Source: a virus (lineage: Duplodnaviria; Caudoviricetes). From it: 36,363 nucleotides of DNA. Below, in pieces: positions 15,038-24,451 of the stretch (position 1 is its first letter; each line of letters opens with the position of its first letter). Both the position numbers and the translations under genes were made by a program. The notes under the pieces were generated by a model, which was given only the letters and a program-made list of their open reading frames with translations, was not told the origin of the DNA and made no database searches. The stretch is from IMG/VR virus record IMGVR_UViG_3300016484_000347, positions 1 through 36,363 of that record, one strand, 5' to 3'.

Positions 15038-15550
15038 TTAAATTTGTCCGTAAACCAATACTCTAAACTTACCTAATGGTATCGCTGGTAGATTAGTTAT
15101 GTCTAGACGTAAAACTTCTCCAGCTAGTACGTCTTGCTTCTGAGTATCTAATACTCCTGAAACTGTAGAATAGTCTGGGTAAAGTGAAAAATTAATATTT
15201 GGTAATGTAGTTAGTACGCTTGAAAAAGTAGTCGGGTCTAACGAAGTACCTTTTTTAATATCTACTTCTAGGTTTCCAGAAGTAACGATACCTTTTTCAA
15301 ATATTTCTATCTGTACTTTTGAAATAGTAAACCCAGCCATAGCTCTATAATAAGCAAGGCCAGTCAAAGACCTAGCAGAACTGGCATTTAATACGTCGAA
15401 GTTAAATATCTCGATAGGAGCTGAGCCTAAAGCTAACGCTCCGATACGACTTTCATGGTCTATTAGAGAGTCTCTGATAGCTTGGAAAAGCTCTTTTTTT
15501 AAGCTCTTCCCTACTTGGATACTGGTCTCTGGTATAGGAGTATAGGCCAT
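15038..15550 (-). CDS. Tail structural protein, paralog of 18538..19020
   Basis: Shared EIFN...TGxAYxxA...VTSGxLxxDIxK...INF...AGxxLRLDI...VxVY. Confidence 0.7.
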   Translation of the reverse strand: MAYTPIPETSIQVGKSLKKELFQAIRDSLIDHESRIGALALGSAPIEIFNFDVLNASSARSLTGLAYYRAMAGFTISKVQIEIFEKGIVTSGNLEVDIKKGTSLDPTTFSSVLTTLPNINFSLYPDYSTVSGVLDTQKQDVLAGEVLRLDITNLPAIPLGKFRVLVYGQI

Positions 15551-15556
15551 TTATTT

Positions 15557-18538
15557 TTATCCTATTAAGTTAGACTCTAACTCGTCTTCGTCTTGGCTCG
15601 GAGTCTCCAAACTATTATCTAGTACGTATCCGTACTTGTCTAGCGAGATACTACCAGCTTCGTAGTCCCCTTCTGTATCTGGAGCTATTGAAGGTACTCT
15701 AGAAAAGATATTTCCCAAGTCGTTTATCTGTACTTGAGTAGTATCCGCAGTCTTAGTAATAGAGTTAATGATACCTACTTTTCTATAGGTCGAGCTACCA
15801 AATCTCTTATACAGCTTAGATAACTCCAGCATGATAGCATCATTTAAAGAGTTTGTAGCGAAGGTAAGTTTAGAATCTATAGTTACTACGCTCTGAGTTA
15901 GAGACCTAAAAAATAGCCATCTTTCGGCTATATTTTGAGCGTCTTTTTCATTGTAAAGATAGCTGGTAATTTCTAATCTTTCTTCTTTTTCTACAGCTTC
16001 GTTAACGTAATCAGACTCTAATAGAATAGACTTTTGGGTATCTATCTCAGTATCCAAATCGGTATAAGGAGCATAGTTAAGGAGTACTGAGTTAATAATA
16101 TTATTCTTAGTAGAAACGCTAAATTTTATAATGTCTTCATCTTTTATTGGAGATAGGTCGGCTGGTTTATCAGAGTTTAAAATTCTATAAGTATAAAGAA
16201 AGTTATTATCTAAATACAAAGAACCAAAGACGCTTCTGTTAATATCGGTAATCATGTCCCTAATTTTTGGAAGCTCGCTACCAATAGTGCTTGGGTAGTA
16301 TAAGCAAAGGTCATAGTTACAGTCGTTAGCAGCTTCGATAAAGCTATCGTTATTTATTTCGTCTAGGTTAATCGAGTTAAGCAAATACTTAACCGCATTA
16401 GCTGGGTATCTGACCCAGTCTCCATTATCAAGACCTAAACAGTTAACAAGAACTACTGAGTTATCGTTAATATAGCTAGGAGACTTATAGCTTATATTAC
16501 CAGAGAATGTGACCAGAGACGGAGTCCGTAGAGTTATCTCAGTAGAGCTTACAGATAATACTTCGTACCAGTCTGATAGATTTATACTTCTGGCCTTAAT
16601 GAAATCTCTAGGTTTTATAATTGTAGTTAAATCTACAGTAGACCCAGAGCTAGAGACTACTCTGGAGTTTTGGGTAAAGTTAAACTGTACCGAAGGGCTT
16701 TTATTAGTAGCTACGTTAAACTCTGCATACTCGTTAAATACCAATACAGCGTGGTCTAAATTATTTTCTACTGTAAAATCTCTATCAATTACAAATCTTG
16801 TCTTGTCTGCAAATGCCGTACTAACTGGTAGTTTTTTTACTGAGTCGCCTACGACTACGCTACCAATTAAAGATTGATTAATTCTAATTTTGTTTAAGAA
16901 AGTCCTAACTACTATGTAAGAGTTACCTTTTATTTCTAGGTAGTCTCCAGTTTGTATGTCGTTAATATCATCTACTACGATATTAACAGAGTCTTCAATT
17001 GATGTAATAGTTACGCTGTACTCTCTAAGTTTATGGCCAGCTATAGAGTACCTTCTGTTTTTTCTTCTATAAGGTATTTCTGGTACGTTTGATATTTTAA
17101 TATCAGTAAAGTTAGTTTCTACTTCGTCGTCGATAATGACCTGAGTATCGCTAGTAACTTCTTTTATAGAGTACTCGTACTCTGCTTCGTTTAATGTAAA
17201 TACCAGCTTATCGTTTGGAGATAATTCAGATAAAAAAGAAGTCCCTGTACCAGTAATAATATTATTTAATACGTCTAAGCTCCTAATCTGATAACCAGAA
17301 AAAGAAGCTGGCAAAAACTCGGTAACTGTAAGCTGAGTATTAGATACGATAGTAGCTACAGTAAAGTTATAATCTACAAAAGCTCCAATGACTTTTATTT
17401 TACTACCTACATTTAACTGAGTAGTAAATAACGTATCAGCTCCGTTAATTACCTTACTACCTATGCTCATGTTTTTAGCAGAAAAACCAGTAAACGCTAC
17501 CGATATAGTAGATGAAACTGTTAACTGGGTATTAGAAGTAATTGCTGAGACTGTAAAAGTATAGGATACCGAAGGGCCAATAACTTTAATTTGGTTTCCT
17601 ACAGCGAGCTGGGTAGTAAAGCTAGTACCTACTCCAGTAATGGTAGTAGAGTTAGCGTTAGCCGAGACTGTACCAGTTAAATTATTATCTATGAAAGTAC
17701 CAGATACAGTGCCAGATAAAAGGTTTCTATCAGCGTTACCAGATAAAGTACCAGTTAGCTCGTAACCTTCTAGCGTTTTATCTATTGCTGTAACTCTTAA
17801 CTGATCGGCCCTCCCAAATATAAGACGTTTTGGTTTACCAATTAAAGAGCTATCTAGGTTTCCGTCTAGCTCTGAAAATCTTGGCATATCTAAAACTTGT
17901 CTTAGTTTAGATAATTCGTCTTTAAGTGAAAATCTTACTTCAGTTTCAGTATAAGATTTCTCAGAAATTAACCCACGATAAATAAGCTTAGCTTCGTCTA
18001 GTGAGATACTCTTAGACCATGACCAAAATTTTACTTGGTTATTTTCCCAGATATATTTATCAAATATATCTAAAAAGTATCCGTCGTTAGAGTCTAGCGA
18101 TATAGAGCTAGAAGTCTCCATAGCGATACCAGTAGCCTCGTAATCAAGCTCTAGCTTTAAGTTACCAATAGCTTTAATTCTTGGCTCGTAGTGAACGACA
18201 TCTCCATAGGTAATTTCGCTAGGTAGATTTACTGGTATGTTTGAGAAGAAAAACTTATATGTTAAATAAATAGAGCTAAGCTCTGGAGCTGAGCCAATAT
18301 TTAAGTAAATGTAACCTTCTTCTGGAGAAAAATAAAACTCTCCATTATACAAATTAATGTCATCTTTTTTTACTAGGTAAGCTCCGTTAACTTTTACTTG
18401 GGTAACAAAATGATTTACTTTCTTTTTATAGATTGTACCAGATACAAGCTCAAATACTTTTACCTTATGCTTGGCCTGTAAATGGGCCAAGATAATTTTC
18501 TGAGAGCGAGACTTAGAAGCAAAACTAGAATAGCTCAT
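15557..18538 (-). CDS. Large tail tip/hub protein with internal beta repeats
   Basis: 993 aa; position after distal tail genes; IGKPKRLIFG motif; three ITGxGTxF repeats. Confidence 0.75.
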   Translation of the reverse strand: MSYSSFASKSRSQKIILAHLQAKHKVKVFELVSGTIYKKKVNHFVTQVKVNGAYLVKKDDINLYNGEFYFSPEEGYIYLNIGSAPELSSIYLTYKFFFSNIPVNLPSEITYGDVVHYEPRIKAIGNLKLELDYEATGIAMETSSSISLDSNDGYFLDIFDKYIWENNQVKFWSWSKSISLDEAKLIYRGLISEKSYTETEVRFSLKDELSKLRQVLDMPRFSELDGNLDSSLIGKPKRLIFGRADQLRVTAIDKTLEGYELTGTLSGNADRNLLSGTVSGTFIDNNLTGTVSANANSTTITGVGTSFTTQLAVGNQIKVIGPSVSYTFTVSAITSNTQLTVSSTISVAFTGFSAKNMSIGSKVINGADTLFTTQLNVGSKIKVIGAFVDYNFTVATIVSNTQLTVTEFLPASFSGYQIRSLDVLNNIITGTGTSFLSELSPNDKLVFTLNEAEYEYSIKEVTSDTQVIIDDEVETNFTDIKISNVPEIPYRRKNRRYSIAGHKLREYSVTITSIEDSVNIVVDDINDIQTGDYLEIKGNSYIVVRTFLNKIRINQSLIGSVVVGDSVKKLPVSTAFADKTRFVIDRDFTVENNLDHAVLVFNEYAEFNVATNKSPSVQFNFTQNSRVVSSSGSTVDLTTIIKPRDFIKARSINLSDWYEVLSVSSTEITLRTPSLVTFSGNISYKSPSYINDNSVVLVNCLGLDNGDWVRYPANAVKYLLNSINLDEINNDSFIEAANDCNYDLCLYYPSTIGSELPKIRDMITDINRSVFGSLYLDNNFLYTYRILNSDKPADLSPIKDEDIIKFSVSTKNNIINSVLLNYAPYTDLDTEIDTQKSILLESDYVNEAVEKEERLEITSYLYNEKDAQNIAERWLFFRSLTQSVVTIDSKLTFATNSLNDAIMLELSKLYKRFGSSTYRKVGIINSITKTADTTQVQINDLGNIFSRVPSIAPDTEGDYEAGSISLDKYGYVLDNSLETPSQDEDELESNLIG

Positions 18539-19020
18539 TATGCGTATACCATGACGGAAATAGTACCTCTAAAACCAGCTGGAATAGATGAAATATCTAA
18601 TCTTAACCATTGGCCAGCTGTTACTACGCTTGTAGATTTTGTACCAGTATCTTCGGCATAATCTGAGGCTGTAGCAAAATTTATAGTAGGCTGTACTGAA
18701 AATATAGAAGTCATACCAACGCTATCTGGAGTAGAGTTTTTTTCTATGTCGATACTTAAAGACCCAGACGTAACTCCATTTTTAGTAAATATCTGAAGCT
18801 TAACGTCTCCTAGAGTTAAATCTTTTGGAGCTTTAAAATAAGCTACTCCAGTAATGGTAGTAGCGTCCGAGCCGATAGTAATTGTATTATTAAAAATCTC
18901 AGTAGACCCTCCTCCAGAGCCACCTCCTCCAGAGAGATTTCCGTCTACGATAGCTTGATAGAGAGTTTTATTTATGCCGTTAGCTGTTACACTAACGGCC
19001 TTATCTACTATAAGGGCCAT
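18538..19020 (-). CDS. Tail structural protein, paralog of 15038..15550
   Basis: Gly linker (SGGGGSGGGS) then shared domain. Confidence 0.7.
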   Translation of the reverse strand: MALIVDKAVSVTANGINKTLYQAIVDGNLSGGGGSGGGSTEIFNNTITIGSDATTITGVAYFKAPKDLTLGDVKLQIFTKNGVTSGSLSIDIEKNSTPDSVGMTSIFSVQPTINFATASDYAEDTGTKSTSVVTAGQWLRLDISSIPAGFRGTISVMVYA

Positions 19021-19032
19021 TTAAAATATCCT

Positions 19033-19971
19033 TTAGATAGAGTAAGCTACCTTCAGCTTATCTCCAGCTACTAAAGTTAACATATCTCCAGCAAATGTAA
19101 TTCTAGTAACTGAAGATACTACGCTAGTAGAGTAGTCGTCTACAGGATGCTGTGGAGGGAAGCCTTTTGGAGTAACTTCGATAATCTTATCAGCTGTGGC
19201 TGCTAGGTCGATATATCCATTTGTAATATTCCCAGCTGTAAGAGTAAAAGTTTCTACAGCGATATTAGCGGATACGCTATCTACATACGTCTTAACTGAA
19301 GCTACAGAAGGAGCTTGGTCTGTCTGAGTGCCAGCCATAGAGTTAACTACAGCGGCCGTCTTAGCTCTAGCGTCTGTAAAATAAAGGTTAGTACCCTCGC
19401 TTAAGTTAGTAGTAGATTTACCAGAAAAAGCAGTATCGAAACGAGCTGAAGTATAATATAGATTTGTACCTTCAGTAATGTTTGAAGTCGTTAGAGTAAC
19501 TACTCCAGTTTGTCCGTTAACAGAGTTAACTTCAGAAGGAGAGATTTCAATATAAGCTGAGCCGCTCCAGCGATAAACTTTTTTAGTATCAATAGCGACG
19601 TAAATTTTACCAGCCTCTCCTGTAGCTGGGAAAGCTGCTAGGTTAGCATACTCCAAAACGTCGTCTACGAAAGAAGGTAATTGGTCGCTTGGTACTTTAC
19701 CAGTAGCGTCTAGAGAAGCGACTCCGTTAGCGACTCCCTTCTGAGAGATAGCTAGGTAAGCGTTTGTTACGAAAAGCTCTGTAGCGATATTTGAGCCGTT
19801 ATATTTTGGAAGCTGAGTGAAAATCCATTCATTAGAGCTATTCAAGTTGAATAGAGAAACGTCTGCATTATTGGCAGCATTTCTAGCTCTGAAAGCTTCA
19901 GCGTTATTTAGTCTTAGTTTTGCTCCAGTTACGCTATCGTTTTGGAGACCTCTCGTAGTAATTTGGGCCAT
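19033..19971 (-). CDS. Tail fibre-like protein
   Basis: KGVANGVASLDATGKVP module, VNSVNGQTGVVTL, two EGTNLY(Y/F)TxAR repeats. Confidence 0.75.
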   Translation of the reverse strand: MAQITTRGLQNDSVTGAKLRLNNAEAFRARNAANNADVSLFNLNSSNEWIFTQLPKYNGSNIATELFVTNAYLAISQKGVANGVASLDATGKVPSDQLPSFVDDVLEYANLAAFPATGEAGKIYVAIDTKKVYRWSGSAYIEISPSEVNSVNGQTGVVTLTTSNITEGTNLYYTSARFDTAFSGKSTTNLSEGTNLYFTDARAKTAAVVNSMAGTQTDQAPSVASVKTYVDSVSANIAVETFTLTAGNITNGYIDLAATADKIIEVTPKGFPPQHPVDDYSTSVVSSVTRITFAGDMLTLVAGDKLKVAYSI

Positions 19972-19986
19972 AAGTTATTTCCTCGT

Positions 19987-20283
19987 TTACTGATAATATA
20001 AAGTTAAAAAATCATCTATTAGTAATTGCTCTTTTAGTCTTGGTAAAAAGTTTAACCTAATACCTGTAATATCAAAATCTGTAAGATACTTCTGGTTAAC
20101 TCCTTCCCAGCATAGGATACAATTTTGAGGAGCAGCTGGGATAGTAGGGAGAGTAACATAACCACGCACTACGTCGTCGAGCGTTAAAGTAATATGAAAA
20201 ACTTGAGAGCCAGACACGTCTACAATACTAGGAGCTGTAGCTGAGCCGTAGCCGTCTGATACTGTAATGATTTTTATGCTCAT
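19987..20283 (-). CDS. Small virion protein carrying shared C-terminal domain
   Basis: HITLTLDDVVRGYVTL...Q...DFDI...DDFLTLYY resembles C-termini of 19033, 28518 and 30097 proteins. Confidence 0.6.
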   Translation of the reverse strand: MSIKIITVSDGYGSATAPSIVDVSGSQVFHITLTLDDVVRGYVTLPTIPAAPQNCILCWEGVNQKYLTDFDITGIRLNFLPRLKEQLLIDDFLTLYYQ

Positions 20284-20720
20284 ATAGCTACCTCTCTATC
20301 TCCATACTCTACTAGCTTAAAGCTAAAAGGATACTCTGAAAAGTCCGAAGGCTCTCCGATAATATCCCCAGATAGGTTAAAGTCTTTTACCCAGCCAATA
20401 AATGAGTCTTCGCTAAAGGTATATCCCCAGCTTTCTAAAACTATGGAGTACTGGCCTTGCTCTAGGTTTAAGTTACCAGCTAGAGCTAGGTCTACCCAGA
20501 AGTAAGAGTAAGGAGTATCTATAGCTTGCTTAGCTGCTAACGAGTCGAAAGAGTATGAGTAAATCTTTTGAGCGTCTTTGTAGATATTAAAATAGAAAGT
20601 CCCAGCTGGTAGGTTATGAAAGTAAAGCTTCGTCCTAATACCAGCTAAAGACATATCCCTATAAAGCTTAATGGTCTGAGATAGATTAGAAATTAATTGA
20701 TCGGCCGCTATTCTTGTCAC
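20280..20720 (-). CDS. Tail-associated hypothetical protein
   Basis: GTGA overlap; beta-rich. Confidence 0.6.
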   Translation of the reverse strand: MTRIAADQLISNLSQTIKLYRDMSLAGIRTKLYFHNLPAGTFYFNIYKDAQKIYSYSFDSLAAKQAIDTPYSYFWVDLALAGNLNLEQGQYSIVLESWGYTFSEDSFIGWVKDFNLSGDIIGEPSDFSEYPFSFKLVEYGDREVAI

Positions 20721-21484
20721 GTAGCCTCCTCTAAATTTAGAGTAACGCTCCAGTAGTTACCTACCTCAAATCTCATTAAAGGCTCGTCTTTAAGATAGTA
20801 GTAACCATTAAGACGCTGGTTATCCTCTGTAATGTTACCTTCTGGAAAGATTAACCATAGAGGTATTGTTACAGAGCAATAGTCTAAAATATCTAGGAGA
20901 GGAGAAAACTCCTCTTTAGTCATTGTAGAAATGTTACCAGAGATTTCTTTCTGAGTATTAATTTCATCTACAAATCTTTGACCTAATCTATTCTTTGTAA
21001 TGATAGCGTTATTGTTTTGTCTGAAAGCTATTGGATACTCAAAAGATAATTGTCCAATTTCGGCATATACTCCGAAAAAGACTTTTCCAATTTCACAGTA
21101 GCCAGCGGTATTAGTAGCTACGAGTCTAGCAAATCTAAGGTTAATAGTCTCTGGAAGTACGACATACCCGAATCCATGTATCATTGAAAAACTTATTGGC
21201 TCTGAGTAAATAGGAGAATCCCAAGTATCAGATGTATTAAACTCTAGAGTTAAATCAGTAAAACCAAATGAGTCTAAAGAGCTACTAACAATAGCGAAAG
21301 TATTAACGTCTCTAGCTATTCCAAAGTCAAAAACGACTTGAGCTGTATTACCAGTAGAGCGATAAACCTTTGAGCGTCTATCGTCTTTGATATTATCAGC
21401 TGGAAATTGAGCGTTTTCTGTATTGGTAATTATGGTAGATTTCTTAACCAGATTATCATATAGAAAGATTTGATTTGTAATCAT
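20717..21484 (-). CDS. Distal tail (Dit-like) protein
   Basis: Immediately after tape measure; FPADNI...KVYRS...FDFG galactose-binding-like insert; ends TLNLEE. Confidence 0.6.
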   Translation of the reverse strand: MITNQIFLYDNLVKKSTIITNTENAQFPADNIKDDRRSKVYRSTGNTAQVVFDFGIARDVNTFAIVSSSLDSFGFTDLTLEFNTSDTWDSPIYSEPISFSMIHGFGYVVLPETINLRFARLVATNTAGYCEIGKVFFGVYAEIGQLSFEYPIAFRQNNNAIITKNRLGQRFVDEINTQKEISGNISTMTKEEFSPLLDILDYCSVTIPLWLIFPEGNITEDNQRLNGYYYLKDEPLMRFEVGNYWSVTLNLEEAT

Positions 21485-23511
21485 GCGAAGACCTCGAAGC
21501 CGTTTCTTTGTTCGTCTCTAACAAGTCTACCAATTTCTCTCGAATTTGCTTCAATAATAATCGGAGTAGATTTAAGCTCTGATACGATTTCCCTAATAGC
21601 GTCTATCATAGCTTGGCCACCGCCTCCGTTTCCTTTAGCGATATTATAAAGCTCTTTTTGCTGGTCAAGATTAAAGACCATTTCTCTACTGTTAAGAAGA
21701 GCTGGTACTTTATCTCCTGTATATGAGTTACCGCCTACGATACCACCTTCAGCAAATTTCGCTCCAGAGATACGAGCTACGTTAGCTAGACCTACAGCAA
21801 TAATAGAAGCCGCCACAGCTGGCCCTAAGGTAGCTGGTCTAGTATCCGCTAATGCGTTAGCTGCACCTTGATAAGTAGATATAGTCGCCTGAGTAATTGC
21901 TAAAGCCTTTTGGGCCAAAGAGCCTTCTTTAGTTAAAGCTAACCCAGCTTGGATAAAGTTACTTGCTATTTGTAGACGAGTTTGATTTTCTTGTCTCTCC
22001 ATAGCAGTACGCTCCTTCTCGAAGCGAGTCTTATTGTCTATAAAAGTTTTCTGTCTTGCCAAATCAGCTTTTAAATTAATCTGGTCTTCGGTAGCTTTTT
22101 GAAGTCCAGAGTCTTTAATCAGTTTAGCCTTTTCAAGTTCAGCGGCCCTAATGGCTTCAATTTTATTCTGCTCAAATGTTAAAAGATTTTGGTACTCAGT
22201 AGCTCTTTCTTCAGCTGTTAAAGTATCTTTTTGTAGTTTTAAATTAGCTTCGTAAGCGTCGTACTCAGCTTGCATAGAAATGAGCTGAGACTGTAATGCT
22301 TCCCTTTCAGCTATTATTTTACTAGCTTCGTCTTTTTCTGATTGGGTACGAGTATCATTATTTTTCCCACCAGTCGTACCATTACTAATTGCTGGTTGGT
22401 TAGCTACTTGCTCAGAAGCTTTTTTTATTTGAGCGTCTAATTTAGCAAGTTCGGCTGTTAATAATTGCACTTTCTCCTTAGCTAAAGGAGCATTATCAAA
22501 TGAGAAAAGAGAATCTAGTAAACCTTTATCAGCATCTTTAGTTATCACAGCTTGATATTTTTCGATTTCATCTTTAACGCTTGCATACTTTTCGGCTAGG
22601 CTATTTAAAGAGCTTTCGGTTTCTACATAAGTACCATTTGCTCTTTCTTGCTCTACTCTAGAGTTTACTAACTCCTGAGTTAATTCTTGAAATAATCCAG
22701 TAGTAACTCTTAAAAAGAATGACGTTACACTAGACTTAGTTACAAACGCTCCAAGCTCTTCTTGAAAATCTGATAAAGCGTTTTTCGTCTGGGTTAGCTT
22801 TCCAGCGTAGCTTTCGATTTCGTTTTGGCTTGCTCCAGAAAATTTACTATTAACTACTTCAATAGCCGCTCCAGCTCTTAATTGCTCAGCTGTTAATCCT
22901 CTTAATGCTGGTATCTGTTCGTTAAGCTTTCCAGCCGTTCCGTCTAGAGTCTTAGCTAATCTCTGTACGTTTTCATCTAGCGAGCCTCCGAAAGTGGCGG
23001 CTAGGTTAGCGGCCGCTGTTACTAACTGCTTAGCTTGCTCGTTAGTAGTACCGAAGGACTTGGCTATAGCTAACTGGCCTATAATAACTTCGTCACCATA
23101 TACAGAGGTAGACTGAAGAGCTGAAGCAAACGCTTCAAAGTCTCTTACAGTAGCTACGCTAAAATCTCCTGAAGCTCTAAGAGCTTGGGATAATCTGTTT
23201 AAAGCCGCTTCTTGCTCGGCCGCAGCGTTAACACTACCTTTAGCAAAATCTACTACAGCTGAAAATGCTCCTTTGATTGTATCGGATACGATATTACCTA
23301 TCGCTACTCCTTTACCAATAGAGTTAAAAGCATCTTTAAAGCCGTCTTTAATAGAGCTAGAAGCCTCCTCTGAAGCTGTTTTGATAGGAGCAATATTCTT
23401 AACGATATTAGCTGAGAATTTTACAGACGCTTTATCAGCATCTCCGAAAGCTTTAATTAGCTCATCAGTACCAGCTGCTATCTGTATCGTAATTATGTTT
23501 TCTTGGGCCAT
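21481..23511 (-). CDS. Tail tape measure protein
   Basis: 676 aa Ala/Lys/Glu-rich helical; KFAEGGIVGGNSYTGDKVPALLNSREMVFN C-terminal motif; follows chaperones. Confidence 0.9.
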   Translation of the reverse strand: MAQENIITIQIAAGTDELIKAFGDADKASVKFSANIVKNIAPIKTASEEASSSIKDGFKDAFNSIGKGVAIGNIVSDTIKGAFSAVVDFAKGSVNAAAEQEAALNRLSQALRASGDFSVATVRDFEAFASALQSTSVYGDEVIIGQLAIAKSFGTTNEQAKQLVTAAANLAATFGGSLDENVQRLAKTLDGTAGKLNEQIPALRGLTAEQLRAGAAIEVVNSKFSGASQNEIESYAGKLTQTKNALSDFQEELGAFVTKSSVTSFFLRVTTGLFQELTQELVNSRVEQERANGTYVETESSLNSLAEKYASVKDEIEKYQAVITKDADKGLLDSLFSFDNAPLAKEKVQLLTAELAKLDAQIKKASEQVANQPAISNGTTGGKNNDTRTQSEKDEASKIIAEREALQSQLISMQAEYDAYEANLKLQKDTLTAEERATEYQNLLTFEQNKIEAIRAAELEKAKLIKDSGLQKATEDQINLKADLARQKTFIDNKTRFEKERTAMERQENQTRLQIASNFIQAGLALTKEGSLAQKALAITQATISTYQGAANALADTRPATLGPAVAASIIAVGLANVARISGAKFAEGGIVGGNSYTGDKVPALLNSREMVFNLDQQKELYNIAKGNGGGGQAMIDAIREIVSELKSTPIIIEANSREIGRLVRDEQRNGFEVFA

Positions 23512-23951
23512 TTCTTATACTCCTGAGCTTCTTTCTTTAACCTTGCTACTTCGTCGTCTAACCTGAGCGAGTTAATGAAATTATACAGCTCTATTAGTTT
23601 AGCTGGCTGGTCGAATAGACCTCCCTGATATGGTAACAAGCCATTCTCTAAATGCCTAGCATGACCCATTAAATCAGCGACCAGAGAAGAGTAAAAGTTA
23701 GAAGGACACCTATAGAAAAATATTTTATCTTTCCATTTAGCTATTGATCTATCTAACGGCTTACTACAGCCTTTCATAGAATTACGTCTGGACTCTACGT
23801 GTTTAGCTTTACATAAGGTACAATTAAAATTTGCATTAGATACCATGTAATGAGTAGCTACTACTTCGATAGAGTCCGACCATGTAAGACTACTACTAGC
23901 TCTTATCTCATCTATGAGCCATTCTAAGACTGTAGCAGTTTCTACTTTCCC
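23493..23951 (-). CDS. Tail assembly chaperone GT extension (reached by -1 frameshift)
   Basis: -1 frame open from slippery site: VETATVLEWLIDEIRASSSLTWSDSIEVVATHY joins MVSNANFNC; LPYQGGLFDQP motif. Confidence 0.8.
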   Translation of the reverse strand, partial: GKVETATVLEWLIDEIRASSSLTWSDSIEVVATHYMVSNANFNCTLCKAKHVESRRNSMKGCSKPLDRSIAKWKDKIFFYRCPSNFYSSLVADLMGHARHLENGLLPYQGGLFDQPAKLIELYNFINSLRLDDEVARLKKEAQEYKKWPKKT

Positions 23952-24340
23952 AGCTCTACTACCTTTCCGTTTATTTTAATTTCTACTCCCTCAAACTCTT
24001 TAGGTAAGCATGAAGTCGAAATGTAAGAGATAGGAGCAATAAAAGGAGTTTTACTGAGTACGGAAATAACAGTAGACACGTCGTCTTCTGATAACTCTCC
24101 AGAAGCAAGCGGTTTAATAATGATTTCGTTTTCTGAGTAATCTTTAATTCCACGTACTGCCTTTACCGCATACTTTACTAGCATGGCCGTTTGTTTTGCC
24201 ATATCTATAATAGTATTTCCTGAGTCTATCTTAACAGCATTAGCTACCTCTAAAGACTTATCGTATCGCATTGGAGAAAAGTCTACCTCGATACCTTCAT
24301 GGGTAAGCGTGATAATATCAGTCGTTCTTAGAATTTTCAT
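23942..24340 (-). CDS. Tail assembly chaperone (G-like; likely start ATG 24340)
   Basis: Between tail tube and tape measure; AAGGAG SD. Confidence 0.8.
   Translation of the reverse strand: MKILRTTDIITLTHEGIEVDFSPMRYDKSLEVANAVKIDSGNTIIDMAKQTAMLVKYAVKAVRGIKDYSENEIIIKPLASGELSEDDVSTVISVLSKTPFIAPISYISTSCLPKEFEGVEIKINGKVVELGK
23945..23951 (-). other. Programmed -1 frameshift site GGGAAAG
   Basis: CTG GGA AAG TAG at end of chaperone gene; same heptamer as lambda G/GT. Confidence 0.85.
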
Positions 24341-24385
24341 AGATACTCCTTTTAAGTGTATAACAATCTTATCTAAGTTTATGAC

Positions 24386-24417
24386 AAAAAGAAAAGACCC
24401 TACTATACAGTAGGGCC
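24386..24417 (-). terminator. Intrinsic terminator after tail tube gene
   Basis: GGCCCUAC-UGUAUA-GUAGGGUC then UUUUCUUUUU. Confidence 0.75.
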
Positions 24418-24451
24418 ATTCAATATCTAATCCCAAAAGGATAGAAAAAGA

